Below are positions 58,601-64,000 of a stretch of 64,000 bases of DNA, piece after piece. Position numbers and translations under genes: made by a program. The first letter of the stretch is position 1. Each line of letters begins with the position of its first letter. The DNA lies in the IMG/VR virus record IMGVR_UViG_3300027763_000043, positions 28,974 through 92,973 of that record; one strand, 5' to 3'. Source of the stretch: a virus. The notes under the pieces are model-generated. The model did no database searches and was not told the DNA's origin. It worked only from the letters and a program-made list of their open reading frames with translations.

Positions 58601-59677
58601 GTCAAAAACATATCCCTTTTGGCCACTTGGATAATATCTGATTCCTGGTTCATAGGGGCAAGTAAATCCAAGTCCAGCAATAGTTACTCCCATTCCAACA
58701 GAAAAGTTGTGAGGAACTGAAGTATATGCCTTCAGAATTCCAGTAACATTATTATAAGAAGCATTTGTAATATTTAAAGTTGGTGTTGATATATCTAATA
58801 CGAATGTGTCCGCATTTGCATCAGCAGTAGTTGTAATAATTCCAATATATTTTAATGGACTTGTGCCATCAGCAACGAGACCATAAGTACCAAATGATGA
58901 GTTAGAGTTTGTAAGATCACATGCACCACCAGTTCCACAGTAAACTGCAATGTCATCACAAATTGTAAAGAGAGACACCAACTGGGCATAACCCTCATTG
59001 GTCATTGATGCACCAATACCACCCTGATTATATTGAGTATAAGAATCAAGAACCATTGACTTTAATGGACCCAATGCATGATCACCATTAACTTTTAATC
59101 CTATGCTTCCAGGAATAAAATTAGTACAGTTCTGAATATATGGAGATTGATCAATATATCTCTGATTATTTGGATTAAATGCTACAGCTGCACCACCATT
59201 AGATACCGATCCACTAGGAACAGTAAAGGACATTTCGGCAATATAGCATCCAGTACCAACATAAAATAAGTCCGAATTAATATTCTGGGGTTGAACTTCT
59301 ACTTCTCTTAAACTATCCCCAACAATACTAACTTGATCTGGTAATTCAATTGGATTATTTTCTATATAACGTCCAGCACTAACTCTAATAACAGTTCCTG
59401 CGGAGGAAATTGAGACTGCTCCTTTAATGGTTGCTTTTGCGTCTCCGAGTTTGAGTCCTGTGTTTGCGTCGTTTCCGTCTCTTGTGACATAGATAACATT
59501 AGTAACTGTTGTGCCCGCACCAATACGAATAATATCTGTACCGATACCAGGACGCTCTCTCTTAGCAACCAGTTCACCGTCGTAAGTATTATATGCTAAT
59601 TCAGCACTTAAGAGTTGATCTGGTGTAGGTCTTTTTCCAGGTACGACAGATCTTTTAATCCTGATGGGAGTTGACAT
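55685..59677 (-). CDS. Virion structural/tail-spike-like protein with beta-helix and four inserted phycobiliprotein-like domains
   Basis: N-terminal IRIKRS...ELAYN..DG anchor; YV..DGND...G beta-helix start; four KC(A/K)RD(I/L)G(Y/F) repeats. Confidence 0.75.
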   Translation of the reverse strand: MSTPIRIKRSVVPGKRPTPDQLLSAELAYNTYDGELVAKRERPGIGTDIIRIGAGTTVTNVIYVTRDGNDANTGLKLGDAKATIKGAVSISSAGTVIRVSAGRYIENNPIELPDQVSIVGDSLREVEVQPQNINSDLFYVGTGCYIAEMSFTVPSGSVSNGGAAVAFNPNNQRYIDQSPYIQNCTNFIPGSIGLKVNGDHALGPLKSMVLDSYTQYNQGGIGASMTNEGYAQLVSLFTICDDIAVYCGTGGACDLTNSNSSFGTYGLVADGTSPLKYIGIITTTADANADTFVLDISTPTLNITNASYNNVTGILKAYTSVPHNFSVGMGVTIAGLGFTCPYEPGIRYYPSGQKGYVFDIKSVAPGRYIDAGNLITSNRTEIVDKSLAAIAINHPDFVFPGDSVNDVSYRYKDSYRLIQQNKQEIVDKSLASIAVGFPSSFRFPTDPVPYNQNRYYDASRLIQINKQEIIDKSLAVVAIAHSDFYFPGDSQTNSRSRYYDAYRLIQRNRDVIVGTAWTNTYNSYPSISATQVKCKRDIGFFLDAVSADVFTGGNNYVKQFTLQYFNGAGNPISNGLVGETVESIFAFEQARNLMKNAITNNLVGAGYSDLTLTTGPARIGSGSPFPVANTSPLSCSDVQDNIDTLTSIVTTTIGAGNTSSLPTTNLGSFTTGGTKCARDIGYLIDALATDVFTGGNAYAKGFVLKYFDNSGNPISNGLVGETNESITAFNAVRDYAKKAVSNQLNSKNLLVSAGLSTYVGTGNTITVDQSGNENACADVQNSINTLVSIITTVIGIGNTTSLPTTNLGISTTNKCARDIGYFVDAISTDLFTGGNSYTIGFTKQYFTSVGSATTALLGEESQSIYAFNSARDYAKKAITNQLNVRDLTITADPNPGIGTTSNTNPYSCTNVRDSIDTLVSISTQAIGAGNLNILNNITINRGTFLAGESKCKRDLGYIVDAVASDVKNYTNKSIIAATKSYFTSSGTPISNGLVGETVESITAFNAVRDYSKLAINNMLNVKDLTVAIDPLTGSNTDPLSCSDVKSNIDNLVGILTTFVGQGSLTGLPSVSMASTVFTMNVGIATQPHTYVPNTGTAKINVVRPFDGQVVYFGDLYSTVGKVTVGFGGTGYITTPTVTISEPDTSWGVVATAVAVISGGSVTGFEIVSNGRGYTKSPTITISSPNIGINTATATIELLPTYYSILRSTPVSSGITTITVNENLPYSVGVGTEVLFYKQSRVLASGHSFEYIGSGNDIASAVPLRGGVPIQDNETDSRNGGLVVFTSTDQSGNFRIGEGVAINQQTGTISGRFYSKSLFSTMTPFILALGG

Positions 59678-59733
59678 TTATCGCATTCGGTATTTACCAA
59701 ATCGACAGTATTTACTGCCTTTCATTTATTTAT

Positions 59734-60105
59734 TCAAGTCGCATTATTGCGTCTTGGACGATAAGCATAAAGATTAGTAGGTGCCTCAGGTTTCATCCAT
59801 TCTTCTATCTTATTAAATTTATCTTCATTATAAAAATCTTGCTGAACATACCATAACTTCCAATGATCATGCCCCTTCGACTGATTGCAAGAATGGCAAC
59901 AAGCAACTACGTTTGTCTTAATATCAAGTCCACCTTTACACTGTGGAGTAATGTGATCTAGTGTGATATTTTCTTCAGAATCACAATAGGCGCACTTATT
60001 TTCCCATTGATCCTTTATATTTTTTCTCCACAATCGTTTTGCATCTGCTTTACTCGTTGTTTCCAAATTAAACAAGTAGTCCTTAAACGAATGTAGAGGA
60101 ACCAT
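59734..60105 (-). CDS. HNH endonuclease
   Basis: CAYC...LDHI.P..KGG...NVVACC..CN..KG. Confidence 0.88.
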   Translation of the reverse strand: MVPLHSFKDYLFNLETTSKADAKRLWRKNIKDQWENKCAYCDSEENITLDHITPQCKGGLDIKTNVVACCHSCNQSKGHDHWKLWYVQQDFYNEDKFNKIEEWMKPEAPTNLYAYRPRRNNAT

Positions 60106-60124
60106 AAGTATTTGCGACTTATAG

Positions 60125-60247
60125 TTATTTATTCTTTGTTACTATAACTTCCATAAGTTCTTTAAGTGTGATGTATATGTAGTGAAACTCATCATAGTAA
60201 GTGATATCAGAGTCTCTTTCGAGGAAATGTTTAATTTTGTTTATCAT
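60125..60247 (-). CDS. Small hypothetical protein (40 aa)
   Basis: Manual translation MINKIKHFLERDSDITYYDEFHYIYITLKELMEVIVTKNK*. Confidence 0.45.
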   Translation of the reverse strand: MINKIKHFLERDSDITYYDEFHYIYITLKELMEVIVTKNK

Positions 60248-60431
60248 TTTTTTTCTTACAGGCGTCTCTCGCCCAAGCACGACTTAAACTATTTACATAA
60301 GAACAAGATCTGCCAGACTTTCCACAATATGGACATTTTTCATCTGGGGGATCTTTTAGGTATCCATCTGGAGTATAAGTCATCTTTTTCTTTTTAAAAT
60401 TTTCAGATTGCTTATGCTTTCGGGGATTCAT
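60231..60431 (-). CDS. Small Cys-containing hypothetical protein
   Basis: CPYC...C...C; the true start may be the internal MTYTPDG. Confidence 0.5.
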   Translation of the reverse strand: MNPRKHKQSENFKKKKMTYTPDGYLKDPPDEKCPYCGKSGRSCSYVNSLSRAWARDACKKKNDKQN

Positions 60432-60439
60432 AGTGAAAA

Positions 60440-61423
60440 TTAAGTATAATATACGGTAGAAATTGGTTTTTGAATAGTATTTTTCCCATCCAATACTTTA
60501 CCAAATATCATAGAATAATCGCACAATTGATTTTCTAATGCCTCAGAAACTTTATTTTGTAAAAAATTTACCATTCTATTCCACCAGGCAATATTTTCAT
60601 TTTGCATTTTTTGAAGTGTTTCAAAATCAAATTGTATATCTTGACATTTTTTTGTGGCTTCGCACCAACTTTCAGCATAAATCCATGGAGGTGTTTCTTC
60701 AAATTGATAAGTCCATTCAATTTCATTCATTGGACCAACAATTACCGGTATTGCACCAGCAATTGTTGCCTCATAATTTCTAAAGCAATCTAAAGAAAAA
60801 TTTCCCCTTCCACAAGGAACAAAAATAGATTCCGAATATAGATCAAAAACTTCATTTCCAGGAATATATGCATTACAAATAGTAACATTCTTCCACATAT
60901 TCCAAAACCAATTGATCATTTCTCTGCGATCATTTTTCAAAACTCCAACCCACGTCCAAGTATACTTCCTATCTACAATTGGTTTTATTCTTGTGGATCT
61001 ATTATAAAATCCATTCACATATCCCAGTGGTATTATAGTTGTATTTTCAGTATATGAAGAGAGTTGAGATTCATGTCTGTGTTGTTTTAGAAATAAATTG
61101 CAAAAATTTCCTAGCAAATTATGAATTTCATTATGTTCCGCCCAACATTCATCTGCCAATTGAATAATAATTTTTGGTTTAAATTTAAGAACTGCTTTTT
61201 TAGTCTGTTCATATGATGGCGGAACTCCAAAATAACTTTGACGATTTGTATCAGTACAGTTATAAACAAAAACATCATAGGTTTTGTTGAATTGATCTTC
61301 TTGTCCGATTGAAATATATTCACAATTAATATCCTTATAATTTGCAAATATATCATCTACGATATACTCATGATTATTAATTGGAGAATCAACTCCATAA
61401 AAAAGAATTGATAAATTCAACAT
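60440..61423 (-). CDS. Exostosin (GT47)-like glycosyltransferase
   Basis: S.FVPCGRGN..LDCFR.YEA..AGAIPVI. Confidence 0.75.
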   Translation of the reverse strand: MLNLSILFYGVDSPINNHEYIVDDIFANYKDINCEYISIGQEDQFNKTYDVFVYNCTDTNRQSYFGVPPSYEQTKKAVLKFKPKIIIQLADECWAEHNEIHNLLGNFCNLFLKQHRHESQLSSYTENTTIIPLGYVNGFYNRSTRIKPIVDRKYTWTWVGVLKNDRREMINWFWNMWKNVTICNAYIPGNEVFDLYSESIFVPCGRGNFSLDCFRNYEATIAGAIPVIVGPMNEIEWTYQFEETPPWIYAESWCEATKKCQDIQFDFETLQKMQNENIAWWNRMVNFLQNKVSEALENQLCDYSMIFGKVLDGKNTIQKPISTVYYT

Positions 61424-61425
61424 AC

Positions 61426-61743
61426 TTATACTTTAAAAGGTTCTTGTTGTCCTTCTGGCAATTTTATTTGAGGCAATGGTCCGCCACCATTTCCGCCAGT
61501 TGAAATTGGAGGTTGCCAAGAACTACTAACAGCACCTTGCACTATCTCATTCGTAGGAAGTGCTTTCGGCATTTCTATATCAATCACTGGTCCCATCAAA
61601 AACTTATTTCTCGTGATTGTCCGATTGGTAGGGTCAAATGCAACCATTGCATGAGCATCTTGTTCGTCACCACAATCTAAAATTTTTCTACCAGTCCTAG
61701 TCTCAATGACAGAAAAGTAATCTTCGCTATTATACCTGTTCAT
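61426..61743 (-). CDS. Conserved hypothetical protein
   Basis: 105-aa ORF coupled to its neighbours. Confidence 0.6.
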   Translation of the reverse strand: MNRYNSEDYFSVIETRTGRKILDCGDEQDAHAMVAFDPTNRTITRNKFLMGPVIDIEMPKALPTNEIVQGAVSSSWQPPISTGGNGGGPLPQIKLPEGQQEPFKV

Positions 61744-61852
61744 GTTTTGAGGTCTTTTGATTATTATACTCCCTTTTCATCGGTCTGTAAAGGTTGGGCC
61801 AAGTATCGTGAATAATTTCTGCGAGTTTATATGGAGTGTGTGAGGATATCAT
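61730..61852 (-). CDS. Small hypothetical protein (40 aa)
   Basis: MISSHTPYKLAEIIHDTWPNLYRP...; ATGA overlap with the upstream peptide. Confidence 0.55.
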   Translation of the reverse strand: MISSHTPYKLAEIIHDTWPNLYRPMKREYNNQKTSKHEQV

Positions 61853-61914
61853 AATAGGGACATTAGAAAGAGGAACACTCCGAATAACTGGAAGAGCAGG
61901 AGGATGAGGAGCAT
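61849..61914 (-). CDS. 21-aa hydrophobic peptide
   Basis: MLLILLLFQLFGVFLFLMSLL*, overlapping the endonuclease tail. Confidence 0.45.
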   Translation of the reverse strand: MLLILLLFQLFGVFLFLMSLL

Positions 61915-62426
61915 TTTTGTAAGTATTTAACTGCATTGCTTAATGTACTTATATTATCACCAACCAATCCTAACATTCTATTACAATTACTACAAAGTAA
62001 TCCACGAACTTGTCCAGTCTTATGGTCGTGGTCTACATAAAGACTATTACTATCCTTTCTACCATTAGTATTTGGATTAAAACAAATAGCACATACTTCG
62101 TTTTGTTCTTGGAGGATATTTTCATACTGCTCCAATCCAAAATCTTTACCATAGGTATACTTCAACATATAGTCCTTCTTCTCACTATAAGAAGGTCTCT
62201 TATCTTTATAAGTTTCACTATAACAACTCTTACATCTCTTATGTCCTTTGTAGTAATCGGATATTTGTTTTTCTACACTACACTTATTACAGATAATATG
62301 CGTTTTACTGGACCAGTTTTCGGCATAAGTTTTTTCCTCACACCTCAAACACCTCCTACGACCTTCTCTAAAATCAGAAGTAGGAAGTTCTTTGGTGCAA
62401 GTTCTACAAATCTTAGTGGTTCTCAT
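61863..62426 (-). CDS. Endonuclease VII-family free-standing homing endonuclease (F-CphI-like)
   Basis: CAIC...L.VDHDHKTGQVRGLLC..CN..LG; N-terminal CxxC repeats; immediately downstream of psbA; TATAAATA at 62448-62455. Confidence 0.85.
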   Translation of the reverse strand: MRTTKICRTCTKELPTSDFREGRRRCLRCEEKTYAENWSSKTHIICNKCSVEKQISDYYKGHKRCKSCYSETYKDKRPSYSEKKDYMLKYTYGKDFGLEQYENILQEQNEVCAICFNPNTNGRKDSNSLYVDHDHKTGQVRGLLCSNCNRMLGLVGDNISTLSNAVKYLQKCSSSSCSSSYSECSSF

Positions 62427-62479
62427 TATGGTGTTTAATCTTTTAACTATTTATAAAATATTAAACTCCATTATACCAT

Positions 62480-62508
62480 AAAAAAAGAGACCTCGTAAAG
62501 AGGTCTCT
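62480..62508 (-). terminator. psbA terminator
   Basis: agagacctc/gaggtctct hairpin plus U-tract on the minus strand. Confidence 0.8.
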
Positions 62509-62515
62509 AAGGTTA

Positions 62516-62593
62516 TCAACCGATTGCAGGTGCAGTAAGAGCAACTTGAGTTGTCTCAGCAGTAGCAAGGTCTAAAGGAAAGTTATGTGCATT
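62516..62593 (-). CDS. psbA: Photosystem II D1, exon 3
   Basis: NAHNFPLDLATAETTQVALTAPAIG*. Confidence 0.95.
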   Translation of the reverse strand, partial: NAHNFPLDLATAETTQVALTAPAIG

Positions 62594-62804
62594 CTTAAAC
62601 TTTTCTTAACTATCTGGTATTACTACCAGGATTGGACTATATCATCACCATTTCTGGTGTCGGACGCTTAAACCTGTTATTAAGGAAACTCTATTCCTCA
62701 GGTAGTCTCTGAACCTTTCTCAGATGTATCTGAGACTTGGCTGCTGATTGTCCCGTAGGATTTCCAGCAATTCATCCGATTTAAAGAGCGCAAAGCACAA
62801 CTTG
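62594..62804 (-). mobile_element. Group I intron 2 of psbA (211 nt, no ORF)
   Basis: Between ...HER and NAH...; 5' exon ends in U, intron ends in G; P1 gagcgU/Gcgctc; core AAUUGCUGGAA, AAUCAGCAG, GUUCAGAGACUA, GAUAUAGUCC. Confidence 0.92.
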
Positions 62805-62916
62805 ACGCTCATGCATTACCTCAAGACCAAGACCAGCACGATTAAGAATATCAGCCCAAGTAGGAATTACATTGTTCTGATTATCAACAATAGACTGGTT
62901 GAAATTAAAACCATTG
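62805..62916 (-). CDS. psbA: Photosystem II D1, exon 2
   Basis: (L)[37 protein letters not shown]. Confidence 0.95.
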
Positions 62917-63138
62917 CACTAGACCCATAAGTTTACCATTCTTATGGAGTGGACTATATCTTCATCCCGTAGGATGTCGGACGCTTATTCCTGTTATTAA
63001 GGGAACTCTATCCCTCAGGTAGTCTCTGAACCTTTCTTAGATGTATCTAAGACTTGGCTGCTGATTATCCATTTATGGAGGACTTCCAGCAATTCATCCG
63101 ATGTTTGCCGTTTAATTACTTAAACGGAACCCCAATTG
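62917..63138 (-). mobile_element. Group I intron 1 of psbA (222 nt, no ORF)
   Basis: Splits the Leu codon CT|C in AFNL-NGF; P1 aaccU/Gggtt; terminal G; same core motifs as intron 2. Confidence 0.9.
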
Positions 63139-64000
63139 AGGTTAAAAGCCATCGTGGATACACCAAGAGCGGTGAACCAGATACCTACAACCGGCCAAGC
63201 AGCAAGGAAGAAGTGCAGTGAACGTGAGTTATTAAAGGACGCATATTGGAAAATAAGGCGACCAAAATAACCATGAGCAGCAACGATGTTGTATGTCTCT
63301 TCTTCTTGTCCAAACTTATAACCATAATTCTGCGATTCAGTTTCAGTGGTTTCACGAACCAAAGAAGAAGTAACTAAACTTCCGTGCATCGCAGAGAACA
63401 ATGAACCACCGAAGACACCAGCAACTCCAAGCATGTGGAAGGGGTGCATCAGAATGTTATGTTCTGCTTGGAAGACAAGCATATAGTTAAAAGTACCAGA
63501 AATGCCAAGAGGCATAGCATCAGAGAACGATCCTTGTCCGAAAGGATATACCAGGAATACTGCAGAAGCGGCAGCAACGGGTGCTGAGTAAGCAACCATA
63601 ATCCAAGGACGCATACCCAAACGATATGAGAGTTCCCATTCACGACCCATGTAGCAGTAGATGCCAATGAGGAAGTGAAATACAACAAGTTGAAAAGGAC
63701 CACCGTTATACAACCATTCATCTAAGGAAGCAGCTTCCCAGATAGGATAGAAGTGAAGACCAATAGCATTAGAAGAAGGAACAACAGCACCAGAGATGAT
63801 GTTGTTACCGTACATTAATGAACCAGAAACAGGTTCACGAATGCCATCAATGTCCACAGGGGGAGCACCGATGAATGCGATGATAAAGCAAGTGGTTGCA
63901 GCAAGCAACGTTGGAATCATCAGAACACCGAACCAACCAACATAAAGACGGTTATCGGTAGAAGTCACCCAGGAACAAAATTCGTCCCAGGCATTAAAAG
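63139..64000 (-). CDS. psbA: Photosystem II D1, exon 1 (start outside window)
   Basis: [15 protein letters not shown]...[12 protein letters not shown]...HPFHMLGV...STMAFNL. Confidence 0.98.

Noticed and set aside
63120-63968. psbA appearing truncated (ends ...FNLNWGSV*), i.e. a pseudogene
   Set aside because: The missing C-terminus is present in two downstream exons, and removing two group I introns restores the frame. The start lies beyond the window.
1-64000. tRNA or rRNA genes
   Set aside because: None recognised by eye in the short intergenic spaces; a tRNAscan-SE run would be needed to exclude them formally.

Overview
This is a 64-kb, AT-rich segment of a T4-like cyanomyovirus genome, mostly encoded on the minus strand. 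From left to right it holds five regions. (1) A tail/baseplate module: a lysozyme+M23 protein, a tape-measure-like protein, gp51, gp26, a tail-tube-like protein, gp4, gp2, gp48 and gp53, with a GIY-YIG-type homing endonuclease inserted. (2) Core replication and late-transcription genes (gp32, gp59, gp33, exonuclease, phoH, thyX, glutaredoxin), plus a glutamine (glnA-type) riboswitch and a probable small RNA. (3) A tailoring-enzyme operon (three 2OG-Fe(II) oxygenases, a flavin halogenase-like protein, a methyltransferase) next to a family of glycine-rich and Calx-beta-like repeat proteins, a GT9-like glycosyltransferase and a sulfotransferase. (4) About 24 kb of giant fibre/structural genes and a subtilase. 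(5) The 3' part of psbA, split by two closely related group I introns and followed by an F-CphI-like endonuclease. The most striking observation is a 1330-aa structural protein with four phycobiliprotein-like domains in an apparently nested AAAA-BBBB order, retaining Cys at both bilin-site-like positions. Also notable are a candidate SD-stimulated -1 frameshift fusing gp26 to gp51 in a lambda G/GT-like gene order, a glycine-rich domain split between two genes, and early sigma70 promoters driving the modification enzymes inside a late structural region. All family assignments are by eye from motifs; no searches were run.
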